From: Raillietiella orientalis
Taxonomy: Eukaryota
Assembly (NCBI GenBank): GCA_036172245.1
Contig: JAYWIR010000015.1
Span: 3,162,001-3,226,000 of the forward strand
Length of the DNA stretch: 64,000 nt
Reading direction: 5' to 3'
Of the stretch, positions 1 through 19,650 are shown piece by piece. Position 1 is the first letter of the stretch, and each line of letters opens with the position of its first letter. The notes beneath the pieces are model-generated. The model searched no databases. It saw only the letters and a program-made list of their open reading frames with translations, and was not told where the DNA came from. The translations under genes and the position numbers were made by a program.

Positions 1-1049
1 GAAAGAGTGCCCACCTTCCTTGGCACTTGGAGGAAATTTTTCTACCGCACCGAATTTCACCGGTGGGGACAATCCCTGAGACATGCTGCCGCATGTGGCA
101 GGGATCAGCTAACTCGGCGAAGGTTTCTGCGAGTTGCACAAGGTTTTTGCTTTGTTCCTCACGTTGCTCATTCCAGTTCTATCCCGCGCCTCTGTCCGTC
201 CCCCTCTCCTCGTTTCCATGGAAGTTTCCACTCATAGGTCCATGGTACCCTCTCCAGCGAGGATATCATAGACCTAAGAGACTTCACGAGACATTGCAAC
301 TGCCATCCCGCTAATCCGAGGGAACCACAGCCACCGTTTCAAGATCCTATGTCTATTGTTCTTATTAGACCACTGGGCCTCCTGACTCGTAATAGGACTG
401 TGATAAGGCGTGTTGTCGTGAGAATCCATCACCTTCATCCTCTGTGTGTAAGTCGATCGCCGTGGAACAAAACAGAATGGATTTTCGGTAGTCATGGTAC
501 AGTTCTGACGATAAGGGAGAGTCATAACTTGAACCCAAAGTCGCTAAAGGGTAATTTTGAGATTTTCCAAGTCGTCGAGTAGAGTTTTCAACTTTCTAGT
601 TGCTTGTGCATCTTCTGCTAAGTGTCCATTATTGTCCCCGTCCCACACCCTCAAAGTCTAGATTCGAAATAGGCATATTGCTATCACTGAACTGCTCGCT
701 GATTTTATAAACGCGGACACTTGGTCTTCGTTTTCGTTATCGCTCTCCTCCCACTGATTTCATCTCTATTTGATCTCATTGGTAGTCGGTTAAGTTACTT
801 GAAGACCTTCGGAGTTACTCAAATTTATAAATTGAAAAAAAATGCCAAGTGATACGAAGAGGGAAAGCTGTAGTTGTGTGAATTTGAACAAGGAACATCC
901 CGTTGTCTGTATTGTACAAATTTGAAAGCTTTGGTTTGAAAGACCACAACACGAAAAAGGTCAATATTCAGTTAAGTACTTCTAAAAATTCAATTTCTAT
1001 CCAAAAATAAATATGGAAGATCGAACGGAATGAAAATGAAAATAGACAA

Positions 1050-1800
1050 AGTTTCAGCTTTAAAGGCCTGGCAGTTTTCAGAGCTGCACGACAGCCACAT
1101 AGATTTCATACTTACACACATATGCATTCCTAAAAATTGAAAAACACTCAAAAACCATGCTTAACCAGAATTTTAGAAACAGACTAGACTAGAATAGAGC
1201 CAGAATTCTAGGAAAAAAAACTTGATGCAAAACTATTATGGACTCCTTTCCATGCTTTTCTATAAGTCTGTAAGCCCTGGCAAATCTGTTCAGCTGTTGA
1301 ACTCTTGCTAATCGACGAAACTTCTTGACCGTGAAATCGATGCTGTGATTCCACACATAAGCAACAAAAAATGCTTTCCATATTCAGGGAATTTTCCGAT
1401 TTACAATCTGTTTAGTATAGGCAACTTGCCTTGGTGGAAATCACAGTAACAGAACAAAACTCGAAGCTTCTTTTGAAGTATTATAGCTTAGTGGAAATTC
1501 GATCAGAGGACAAGTAGCAAAGTTCTTTATATGCATAACACAAATGAATACAGTTTCGTGCTCTCGTTCAGATAGCTGTTCGCGCTCTGTTAAAATTGCC
1601 AGCCAGTGCTTCACTTCTCCTATTATGTAATTGTATCGACCTGTGCTTAACTCTATGAGGTACTTATCATCTATGGTACCATGAAAAAATCTCGAGTGTC
1701 TTCAGGTAACTAATCTTCGAAGTCTTATTTATGAAATCCTAATCATTGGCTTAGGGCAACTGTCTGTTATTACTTCTCTCTATGGCTAACATTGAATTCC
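1050..1800 (-). mobile_element. Highly decayed L1/Tx1-like ORF2 fragment (may continue to position 1)
   Basis: Stop-ridden minus-strand translation with ordered remnants DKYLIEL, WLAILTEREQLSER and FHQGKLPILNRL*IGKFPEYG, resembling KYLG / LS..GR / FW.GK.P...P.E.GG. Confidence 0.35.
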
Positions 1801-3054
1801 AGCGGCATAGCAAGAAGAAACATGAAAGCAGTTTGGAAAATCAATACAGTAAAAATCATACATATGTGATATTCAAAATCTGCGAAAAATTCAAGTTGCC
1901 ACGCAAAAAAGAAAAAAAAAGAAATAAAATATAAGATATGCAGAATATACTGCTTTGCACAGACAGATCAAGAATATAAAAATTCAAACAGTACAAACAG
2001 TATGTACTGTCTAAATTTTTATGCTCTTGATCTGTCAAAGGATACGACCTAATTAATGGAAATTTTATGAGAACCATTAAAACACTAATATCAAAGATTA
2101 ACAGTGACATTTCTCATACACATATTATTCTTTGAAGATAGCATTTAACCATGTCTATTATTTTTTACTTGGCATATGAAGTTTTAAGTCCGTTTTTGTA
2201 ATTATTTTTCTGTTCGCAGCCTTACGTTACATAACTGGAGATGCATTTTATGAGTTTGCTTGTTTCATTTTTGGTTGTTTTGTTTTATATTTAAGTTTGC
2301 ATTTCAAACAAAAATTATTTTGATATGCTTCAAGAAATGGGGAATCGTCACATTACTTACAAACAAAAGAGGAAAATGGATAAAGAATCTTTACAATATT
2401 ACACTAAGGGATCGTCAATTTTCGTATTTCTATCAATGAAATCAACTTTCGTATTTTTACCAATGCCATATTTTATCAATTATCGACTTAACACACAGTG
2501 AAAAAACCTACCTAATCTCATTAGGCAGTGCATTTCGATTCGAAAAGACATGCAAAGTTTGTTTAGAAAATTCTTATTTACTGATATCAAATATGTTGAT
2601 ATTTAAATTATTACTGTAACACTATTCCATCTAGAATTCTTCAAAAACAAACTCATTAAATAGAAAACTCCGTAATATAAATGAAAACATTGCTTGTAAA
2701 ACATTTAGATATTATGGTCCTATTTCTAACTTGCTATTTAGTTTTTCCCATTTTCTTTGAGTACAAACACTTTTATGCTAATACAGTTAGGAATCGAGAG
2801 TACGAATTGTCCTCTTGATAATTTGTACAATTCCTAGCGTACTACAAATAAAACTTTGTTTGATTTGAAACTACATTGGTATAGAAAACCACTAGGTACA
2901 AAACAGTGGTAATTCTGTGGGACTTGTGGGATAGTTCTTTTTCCCCTTTGAAACCTGTTGTAGAGACAGAAGTTACCTCGAAAAAGAAATGAGTGTTTAT
3001 ACCATATCTTTGAAATCAGAGCTTGCTTATCAATGATTGGGACTTGGTATATCA

Positions 3055-4218
3055 ATGATTCCTAGAATTGCAATATTCGGGACAGGATGTTTGGTAAAAT
3101 TGCTCATTCCATTTATGCAAATTAAAGGATTTGTAATCGAGGCCCTATGGGGTGAAGATTTACAGCTAACTAAAGATGTGGCATTGAAGCTAGGGATCCC
3201 TTATTACACGAATTCTATTGACGATGTACTCTTAAGGAAAGAAGTTGGTTTAGTTCTTATCTTTTGTTCTCCTGTACTCCACAGCCAAATAGCGATGAAA
3301 GCTTTAGGTATAGGGAAGCATGTGTTGTGTGATGTCCCTACTGCATTGACCCAAATGGAAATCTTTAAAATGAAAACTGCTGCGCAATATTACCCACTGC
3401 TTTCAGCATTAAATTTCAGCCTCCGTTTTTTGCCAGCATTTATTCAAATGAAAAAAGCCATTAAAGAAAATTACATAGGTAAAGTGAATGTCTGTGATGT
3501 TCGTGTACAGTGTTGTAGTCTTATTGGCAGCCAGTTTGACTGGCACTGTGACATCCATAATGGTGGAGGTGTTCTAAATGTCATTGGCAGCCATATCATT
3601 GATGTTTTGTCGTTTGTTATGGACAAAAAAGCAATTAAAGCCTGTGGTATGCAGTGCACTTTTCAGACAATTACCTCTAATATAAGAGGAATAAGACAGA
3701 TATCATCAGATAATTTTTGTACTTTTCAACTGAAATTGCAAAATGATGCAGTGTGCAGTGTTACTATTAATAGTTTACCATCAGATGGCTTCACTCAGGA
3801 AGTGCTTATTTATGGAACAGAAGGCCATTTATGTGTGCGAGGTGGTGATCTGTATGGTCAAAAAACAGGTTCCTCCAAGGAAGAAGTGTTGTATCTAGAG
3901 GTGGAAGATCTGCAGTTGCCACAAGCTCAGGGTTTACCAAATGCTGTACCAAAATTATATGCAAAAGGGACAATGAAATTAATGGGATCTCTGAGAGAAA
4001 CGTTTAGCATGGACAACAGCTTGCAGCAAGGATTAATCAGTACAGCAGCCAATTTTGAAGATGGTCAATATGTACAAGCTGTTATTGAAGCAATACAGCA
4101 GTCAAATTGGAGACAGGAGTGGTGTCTAGTCAGTATAATCAATGAGAAGAGAGAAGACATTTACTGTGATACACAAAGCCTTTTATGGAATAGTAAAGCA
4201 AATGACAATCACTGTTAA
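3055..4218 (+). CDS. GFOD1: Glucose-fructose oxidoreductase domain-containing protein (GFOD1/2 family), single coding exon
   Basis: Uninterrupted ORF; first in-frame ATG is at 3055 (the track start at 3037 is TTG). MIPRIAIFGTG Rossmann start, KALGIGKHVLCD, LRFLPAF, GGGVLNVIGSHIID and GIRQISSDNFCTFQ match the GFOD1 family as I recall it. Confidence 0.93.
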   Translation: MIPRIAIFGTGCLVKLLIPFMQIKGFVIEALWGEDLQLTKDVALKLGIPYYTNSIDDVLLRKEVGLVLIFCSPVLHSQIAMKALGIGKHVLCDVPTALTQMEIFKMKTAAQYYPLLSALNFSLRFLPAFIQMKKAIKENYIGKVNVCDVRVQCCSLIGSQFDWHCDIHNGGGVLNVIGSHIIDVLSFVMDKKAIKACGMQCTFQTITSNIRGIRQISSDNFCTFQLKLQNDAVCSVTINSLPSDGFTQEVLIYGTEGHLCVRGGDLYGQKTGSSKEEVLYLEVEDLQLPQAQGLPNAVPKLYAKGTMKLMGSLRETFSMDNSLQQGLISTAANFEDGQYVQAVIEAIQQSNWRQEWCLVSIINEKREDIYCDTQSLLWNSKANDNHC

Positions 4219-4261
4219 AAACAATTTGTACTTTAATATCAAAAAATGCCAGAATGCAGCT

Positions 4262-11351
<7,090 letters not shown>

Positions 11352-11699
11352 TTATTAGGTTCACAATTTTACATATATATTTTCGAACAAACCTGGAAAA
11401 CAAAAAACATACAGGCAATAATACAGATTTCATATAAAATATAAAAATAAAATATGCACATGAACACATATCTACCTTTAGAATTAAACCATAAGAAACG
11501 CTATGATAAAACAAATCCATAACTTACGTGAAATCTTTACTTGTAAAAAAAATCGATTAAATACATGAATTCCAACACTAATGAAAAACACAACTCTGTT
11601 TAACCTATCATATACACAGGATTATCTGTTCCACTTCATAATTATGCCACTTCATGCAAGTAAAACAGCTACCTTACTTCCACTATACATCTTAAAGTA

Positions 11700-12020
11700 T
11701 ATTAATGCGCAGCAGTTTTAACTCTACTTGAATTTTATTCAGTGGACACAGCGTAAAATAAACCAAATCATTCATCTCCTCCTGTGATCAAACACTTTTG
11801 CTAATAACCCGGTCTATTTATTTATTTTCATAAAACGAAAACAATACTACCGACAATGTAAGAAGTTTACGTACTACATTATTTTCTCAGTTCTCCGGTC
11901 AGTTTGGGTACCTAGACTGTCACCTTTGGCACACTTTTTTTAACTCTTATTTTCACAGACTGCCAAATCGAAGAGAAAAATTGCAATAATTTCAACACAA
12001 ACAAATAGACATATTTAGGT
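11700..12020. promoter_or_regulatory. Probable bidirectional promoter / 5'-UTR region of DHX38 (-) and the UTP23-NAXD unit (+)
   Basis: Lies between divergent genes and has locally more CpG. A minus-strand 5'-UTR intron candidate runs 11527-11393 (GTAAGT...TTCCAG). A plus-strand intron candidate runs 11898-11958 (GTCAGT...TTTTCACAG). Confidence 0.4.
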
Positions 12021-12049
12021 ACATTAATTAATTTGATCAATTGAGTTAG

Positions 12050-14500
12050 GGCTTTCTGCAGTGACTGCTATGTTCTCAAGGTGCATGATGACAACAAAAA
12101 AAGCTATAAAATTATCGAACCACTTTTCCAAGCTTCTCTCAGTTAATAACAAAAGTTAAGGAGAAATTTCAAGTACAAAATGCTTGTTTTGAAGCTATGT
12201 AATTTTAACCTCAGAAAAAAATACATTGTTTCATACAGAGCTTTATATTACGAACAAACCATCGGTTTCGTTTACTATATAAAGCATATGTTAAATTTTG
12301 ATCTGTGATTGAAAAACTAATCATGCTCTAATTAGCAACCATTCATTTACGAATGGTTATCAGCTATTGCTAATGTATGAGTAGATTACTAATAGATTAC
12401 TAAACAATCTCCTGCCTATGAAGAGTACAACAGAATCTACTAAGTATAGTGAGGCTAAAAAAACGAATACCTAGAGAAGAGTAAAGTATGATGAGGATAG
12501 TATGATCATGCTAATTAGGACTTGATCAAAGCAGTCTTTATTTGTGCATGTTGAGCTGCTTTAGATGTGGCGAAAATATTCATTTAATGTGTACGGTATG
12601 AAGGTGGCATGACGCCCTGATAATTTAAAAAAAAAAAAAGAAACCAATAAGGCTGATGATCACTATGAAATTTTAGGAAGTCATATTCCTCGAGAATTAA
12701 TAAAACACTGCTGCAAACAGTTACTCGGGGTAACTACGGGTTCGAGGTGCCTTGAGATAAAATCACAAAGAAAATCATGTCAGATGATATGAAAAACCGA
12801 TCATCAGCATAACAGCTCTAGAGGAGTAGATAGAAAATTCGGAAAAAAAGAATCGATTAATGAATATTAGGGAAACTTCACAATGCGGTGTTTGGGCTGC
12901 CTATCGGATACAGAGACGTACTACAGCAGTTTTCTGATCGAATAAATATTGAAAAAAGATATAATTAACAAGCAACAATGGCTTTTTAAAGAGGCTTAGT
13001 CTACTGAAGAAAAGTGTAGAGACCCAAGCATGATAAGAAATGGAATAAAAATATCAATAATGATACCCGAGTATCATCAACAACTATCTATTTGATGAAT
13101 AGAAGGGGATTTAGGAGTGCGTAGATCTGTACTTGCTTCATATAAGAGGACATTCTAAGAGGTTACTAGAAACACTCTTTATCCTCCCTTGCAAGCAGAT
13201 AGCGAAAAAATTACACAGTTCGTTGTGAGAAAACCAGTGAGCTTAAGAAAATTTGATGCAATCACTTAAAAACTAGTAAATCAAGCAGATAATAAATATA
13301 CTGGACTTGGTCAAAATATCCAAGGATATCCAAGGAAGGAGTTACAAAGAAATAGTCACGTATGAGTTACTTTAGCTGCGCTACGTTAAATAAAAACACA
13401 ACTAACTTCTTTGATGTGATTGGGGATTGTTGATCATGGTTGCAGTTATAAGAAATATCAAATAGAAATTTCTCAGCACAATTAAAAATGCATTTGCGAC
13501 TAATTGCATCAAAGAAAGCATGATGAAAGAGGACAAAATCGACAAAAGGATGCAGGAAACCAGGGACTTTTGCAATAAAAAATGCAGTTGTTCAGACGAG
13601 GATTTCAAGATCTTGAACTGCTTTCTAAATATTGGAAACAATTTTCTACGTAAACTTCTAGCAAAGATCGTGAGGGAATCTGAAAACATTGTGGAAACCC
13701 CGTATTCGTCTAATGCATTTGTTGAGTTACTGGACGAGATATGAAGTTCAAAGTGACCGTTCTTGTACATGCGCGATTCTGATTTTGATAGTGCTGAATG
13801 CAAAGGTAAATTGGAAGGTAAATCAATTTGAGGTACATTCCTTGGTTTGATTGGATTTGCGATAATTTGTCACCATCTGATCATATCGTGAAACAATTGA
13901 TCGCTTTTTTGACAGATCATAATTACATGTTTTTACCCATACGGATCATAAGAATCATGAATGAAAAGATGAGACTCTCTGTTTCGCTTTGCTGAACATT
14001 TTTGATAGTTCCCGTTGTACTGATGAAACATGAAGTAAGCAGATTTGGAAATGTGATCAGCAACCGAACTTATTGGGTAGTCAAGTTTCAGTTTTGTAGT
14101 TTTGTGCTTGGCGAGGATGCACGCAAGGGTACCAAGCAAACTTAGCTAAAGATCCTTCTTGTAAAAGAATGTGGGATATCGTGTTTTTCAAGAGTGAATA
14201 TTATGTGTTTTCTTCAGAAGAATGTAATTTATAAGCAACAGTTATGATTATGATATTATAAGACCTTTGCTGCAATATTGATATAGGAAATGTTCCTAAT
14301 GCTGAAGACTCCCACATGGAGTCATTGTTTTAGATCATTATTGTGCTTTGGTCCATGAAAAGCATGTATTTGGAAACTTAGTAAGTGGTAAATAAAGTGA
14401 CTTTCAAAAAGTTAAAAGATCAAAAAAAGAATTCACTTGATATAGGGAAAGGTTTCTATAAAGCTAAGTTCTCAACTGTATATTGGGAAAAAGTTGTTCC
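12050..14500 (+). mobile_element. Decayed, AT-rich L1/Tx1-like ORF2 (RT to zinc finger)
   Basis: Collinear remnants across frames: VKYDEDS (~12485, YADD-like), YEILGSH (~12670), GKKESIN/ILGKL (~12850), IYLMN/EGDLGV (~13100) and DPSCK..CG (~14150). Confidence 0.5.
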
Positions 14501-17256
14501 ATGTGCTGCTTTGAAAGCCTCCTAAGCTTCTTTTCAGCCATATTGCATGATACTTCAGTTGCTAGGGTTCCGGAAATCAGAACATTCATCTGAGTTTTAG
14601 AAAACAATGATTGTGTTGACAGATCTAAATGAAAGCATGGGTGTCTGAATGTTAATATATTGATCTGAAAAGAAACTAAACAAGCATTAGAGGCAAAAAT
14701 GCAAGTGTGAATTAGACTCCTGAGAAGGACTGTTTCCTTATAATGAATTTGTAAACAAAAAATTGGAATTGGGTAAAAATGGGGAAAGACTGTGTTTACT
14801 CTTTAGTAATGTGGGCACAAGTTATTTTTACATTTCAGTTCTTTAGAGGTGATGCTGGAAGTACATTTGTACGTTCGGTTTTAGATATAAACAACGTAGT
14901 GTTGAAGGTTGTAAGGGTCAAGTATTGCTGCTTTTCTAATTTGGTGGAGTCAACGATTTGGAAATTTTAAATTTTCTATTGCTGCAAAGTATTATTCTCA
15001 TGAGAAACTGAAATCACTTGATTAAGGTTAAAGAAAATAAAATAGCTTATTATTGCCGCATTTGCAGCAAATTGTAAGCTGAAAAAATGTCAGTGACAGG
15101 TTACTTTGCTACCTTGTTTTAAATGACCAAATGTATATCAAGTCAAAGAATAATTTTTTAAAATACACTCAGTGAAGCAGGGTTACAGATGTATTTAATG
15201 AATATGAAAAATGAGTTTTTGTACAGTTTTCAATTAAACCATGTTGCAAATCAGAGAGCAAGTACGAGTCTTACATTAATTTTTAGTGTAGCATTATCTG
15301 ATTTGGCTATTTAACCTTTGGTGATGCAAAATATTTACCTTAACATTCTACTACTGAAATGTCACTTTTGCAGTTATACCTGTTTACATATTTCCTTCAT
15401 ACTGTTTTTTTTTTCTTTTGCAATTAGGACTTTAACAGTTATGCAATTTTGTTTGGTTTATAAAAACAGAATGTACAATTTTACACAAGCCACCAAACTT
15501 TGCAAATTGCATGGCATTGTTATCTTGAATATCATATTCGTACATAATTCTTTTAAATCATGAAGTGACTTGAATATTGACTTGTAAAGTTAGGTTAGGT
15601 TAGGTTGTTGCAGTCTTTGCCTGTATTGTATTGAAGCAGTTTCCTCCGTGATAAATTTCAATTAGGAATTCAAAGAAAAAAAGAAAGCTTATTCTTCTCA
15701 TTTGAGTGTACAAGGTATGTAAAGTTATTTACGATAATCTTTTTATAGTGAAATCAAACAGTATTCCACATGCAAAGTAGTTATATTACTGATTAACTTT
15801 ATCTCTGAGATACTTGGTAATTACTTTGGAATTCCATGTTGCTAATTAAGAAACTTCATTTAATGGTATTCTATTTTGATGCTAAACTGTGCAACAAAAT
15901 GGAATGAAATATGAGATCCTTACTGTTTTCCAAAATTCCCAAGGTAAGAGATCTTAAGTTAGTCTTGAATTATTTAGTCTTGTCATTGGCATTGGCACAG
16001 TAGGTAGGTGAATTTGCTGAAAAGGTTTTGTAAATGACTTTGGTTCTTGATCCAACTTCATGTCAAAAGTTTTTTCTGTTTCTATTCGAATTCAGTTCCT
16101 GAAATTTAAACTGATCAGTTTAAATCTAATCATGCATCATCATAAAGGTTTGCATGTTTTCTTGAATAACTTGAATGTTTTGAATTTGACTAGTGAATGA
16201 AAGTGATCTTTTTGAAGAAATTCCATGAATTCAAATGATATGAAACTAGTGATTGCTCCAGGCATATATGAGAATTTCAGGGAAGTCTTTGTCATAAAGA
16301 AAGGATATATTATGTTTGTTTACTGAAGTGTGAAAAATAAATGTAATATCTAATTAACAATTGTGTGGATGTGCAGTACAGTTACATATGTGTGGATAGA
16401 AGATTGTGAATAGTTAGAATGGCGAATATCTTTTGGTTTTTAACATTCCAAATGGATAGTCGGATTTGCATCCAAAAACAATGTGTTCTGTTTTCACATC
16501 TGAAGGCAGTCATTTTGATACAAAAGTTTGATTATCCATTTGCCTCACACACTATGCTGTATTGTACGATTATTGTATAGTATCTCATGTTTTGATTATC
16601 ACCATTGTAAACTGCTGAATGTAACTGATGCATATAGCATGTTTACGTATGCATTTTCATAATATAAACTATACACTGTTTTTGGAATGATGCTGGTGAA
16701 TTTATGAAAACTTGCAAATAATTTCAATATGTAGTCAGAAACACATGAAATGACCATGTACAACCACTGTAGATGTATGAATGTGCATTTTAAAAAATCT
16801 GGATTTATCTTTTTTTTGATTAATTTTGCAACTTTTGTGTAATTTGCATGTATTTACGTTTTCATAAGTTACTGTTTTGTCATTGTCTTATTGCAGGATA
16901 AATCAGAATTGAATAATTCATTACTGTATGCATGTTCATAGCTGAGTTTTTGAAAAAGAACATTATGTTTTATTGGGCAAAAATTACAATTCAAAGCTTA
17001 TCATTCCTCAGAAAATTTATTGTTTTTTTTTAAAGATCTAGCCTCTTTGTAATTAACTGAGAATCTGCTTGTAGATGGTTTCTGTTATGAATTCGTTAAT
17101 TATCCATGAAAAGGGTATGGAGAAAGATTTGCTTTAAATTGTTCAAAGGATTTCAGCATACATTTAACAGTAATGAGTAATTTGCCAAGATGGCATTTCT
17201 CAATTCTCATTGAGAAAATTGACTAGTTTTTCTGGAATTCCAAAGTAGAAAAGAAA

Positions 17257-18590
17257 ATGAAAATTAAAAGATCCAAAAAAGTGCATCAATATTTGGAATA
17301 TTATAAGGTGAATTTTGGCTTTCGGAAACCATATCAGATTTTGATTGATGGGTCTTTTTGTCAGCAAGCTTTGCAGGTATGTTTTTTTTCATTTAGCTGT
17401 ATGGGATGTGTACATAATTGCTTTATACTTTTGTTATTATAAACTTGGTCAACCTTTTAAAGATATTACAGCATTAACTACAGTATGTAGTTAATTGTAT
17501 TGAAGCATTTTGCAAATGATTTTGAAACTGATGGAAGATTTTAAGTAATCAAAGGATTTGAATGTTAGATGATTAAAACATTTAGTATTAAAATAGCAGA
17601 ATTTTTGGAAATACTCATGAAGTGCCTTGAGTAAATGTTTTCAGCAATTATTATAAAAAAAATAAGATTGCTATAATGTGGTTGAACCATTGTCTGTGTT
17701 AACTGAATATTCATTGAGATAGCTTAGGTGTTTTTTTTTTCTTTTTTGTTTTTTACAGAATAAAGTTAATATTAGAGAACAGTTACCCAAATATTTATCA
17801 GGAGAGGTGAAGTTTTTAACAACAGCTTGTGCTATAAAGGAATGTGACTCTTTAGGTAAATTTCTCAATATTTCTGTTCATAAAATCAAAAGAAATGTGA
17901 TAAACATGTTCATGTCTTTTGTTGCTAGGTTCTTTGGCGCATGGGGCTTGTATGATTTTAAAACACTTTACTCTTCATAAGTGCAATCATGAGATATGCA
18001 GCAATGCCTCTGAATGTTTCATGGCAATGATTGGAAGGGATAATTCTTCCAGGTTTTTATCATTAAGTGGGAGATTAAATAAAAATTCATATTACAGATA
18101 TTTTATTGCAACCCAGGACATGGAGTTACAAAGAGCATGCCAAAACATTCCAGGTGTTCCTGTGATCTACTTGCATCATAATGCACCAACTCTTCAAAAA
18201 GTATCGATTTCAACTAAAGAAAAAGTTAGTGTTATAAATAAGAAGAAGTGAGTTCCTCAGTCCTCTACAACTATATGATAGAATATGACTTGACTAAAAT
18301 ATCGGCTTCATGATTTGTCTCTTCATCCTAGAATATCGTTATCAGATTTGCAAAGGGATGCTGTCACATCCTTAAGAAAAACTATCTGGGGTGATATTCA
18401 AGAAAAGTCTTACAGGCCAAAGCGAATAGGTGGACCTAATCCATTGTCTTGTAAGAAGAAGAAGATTACAGAAAACAGTCCTTGCAACAGCACACAGCAG
18501 TCAAAAAGAATTCGCAAGAGAATTCGAGTAGCAAAACATGTAAAACAAGAATTTGCTAAACAAGAGCAGCGGGGCAAGGGAGAATTATAG
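17257..18590 (+). CDS. UTP23: rRNA-processing protein UTP23 (PIN/Fcf1 domain), exons 17257-17376, 17759-17855, 17929-18052, 18098-18247, 18332-18590
   Basis: MKIKR..NFGFRKPYQILIDGSFCQQAL, YFIATQD..L...IPGVP.IYL and basic C-terminal GPNPLSCKKKK. GT-AG introns keep the frame. Confidence 0.94.
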
Positions 18591-18632
18591 GAAATACTTG
18601 TCAGTGTATTTGTGCTTATGTTTTCTAGGTAA

Positions 18633-19520
18633 ATGCAAATGTTGAAACCTCCACGTGACTTGATATTGAATACACTGATGAGTGTCTCTCCGGGACACAA
18701 GGGCATGGCAGGAAGAGTTGCCATTGTAGGTGGCAGTGAAGAATATACTGGTGCTCCCTATTTTGCAGCAATTTCAGCTCTTAAAACAGGCTGTGATTTG
18801 GTTTATGTATTTTGTGCCAAGGGTGCTGCCATTCCTATTAAATCATATAGCCCAGAATTGATTGTGCTTCCTTTATTGGATTCAGATGATCCAGTTGAGA
18901 AACTGAAATCATGGATACCAAGGCTTCATTCCTTAGTGATTGGTCCAGGTTTAGGAAGGAGCCTTCCCTCCAATATTGTGCTGGATATTCTGATGCTAGT
19001 TCGAACTGCAAACGTACCAATGATTTTGGACGCTGATGCCCTTTCTTACATGTCTTTAGGCTCGAATGTAATTCGGAATTATTCAAAAGCTGTTTTAACA
19101 CCAAATGCTGTTGAATTTGATCGTTTGGAACAGTTGTTAGGAGCAAAAGTGCTTGATGTGCCATTAGAGCAAAGAGTCTGCAATGCAGCACAACTGTTAG
19201 GTGTCACTGTGGTACGCAAAGGAGCTACCGATATTATCTCTGATGGCCAAAAGATATATCAGTGTGAGCTGGAAGGGAGTGCACGACGATGTGGAGGACA
19301 AGGAGATATACTTGCTGGTAGCATGGGAACTTTAGCCCATTGGGCATTTGCAGCTCAAATGCCCAGTACCAATCCTCTTTTGATAGCTGCTTATGTAGCG
19401 TGTGCATTGACAAGACGTTGCAATTGTTTGGCCTTCTCTGAGCTTGGAAGAAGTACAACAACATCTGACATGATTACCTTTATCAGTCGGTCATTTAAAG
19501 AGCTACCAGTTTTAATCTAA
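18633..19520 (+). CDS. NAXD: ATP-dependent (S)-NAD(P)H-hydrate dehydratase (NAXD/CARKD, YjeF C-terminal family), single coding exon
   Basis: HKGMAGRVAIVGGSEEYTGAPYFAAISALKTGCDL, IKSYSPELIV, IGPGLGR, DADAL, LTPNAVEF, KGATDIISDG and RRCGGQGDILAG are characteristic family motifs. Confidence 0.95.
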   Translation: MQMLKPPRDLILNTLMSVSPGHKGMAGRVAIVGGSEEYTGAPYFAAISALKTGCDLVYVFCAKGAAIPIKSYSPELIVLPLLDSDDPVEKLKSWIPRLHSLVIGPGLGRSLPSNIVLDILMLVRTANVPMILDADALSYMSLGSNVIRNYSKAVLTPNAVEFDRLEQLLGAKVLDVPLEQRVCNAAQLLGVTVVRKGATDIISDGQKIYQCELEGSARRCGGQGDILAGSMGTLAHWAFAAQMPSTNPLLIAAYVACALTRRCNCLAFSELGRSTTTSDMITFISRSFKELPVLI

Positions 19521-19644
19521 ATGTTGCCAGTTTCACTTATGCTGCATCTAGATAAAAATCATTCTAATATTATGAAACCAACTGCTTCATGTTGACTTAT
19601 ATGATTAATCAGAACACCTTCATGGAACATACTTATTCTTAGAG

Positions 19645-19650
19645 AATAAA
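19645..19650 (+). terminator. Probable polyadenylation signal of NAXD (possibly shared with UTP23)
   Basis: AATAAA 125 nt after the NAXD stop, followed by GT-rich sequence. Confidence 0.55.

Noticed and set aside
1..630. Short ORFs at the window start
   Set aside because: No recognisable product; probably decayed TE sequence, but I cannot assign it.
3037..3054. TTG-initiated N-terminal extension of GFOD1 in the ORF track
   Set aside because: The gene is eukaryotic and family similarity begins at ATG 3055.
12450..13750. hAT/Charlie transposase fossil (RRVKYDED, ELIKHCCK resemblance)
   Set aside because: The order and spacing of remnants fit L1/Tx1 ORF2 better (YADD-, ILG-, GK..IN-, EGGLG- and zinc-finger-like), and no terminal inverted repeats were seen.
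15590..15604. (TTAGG)3 arthropod telomere-like repeat
   Set aside because: Only three units, too short to indicate a telomeric relic.
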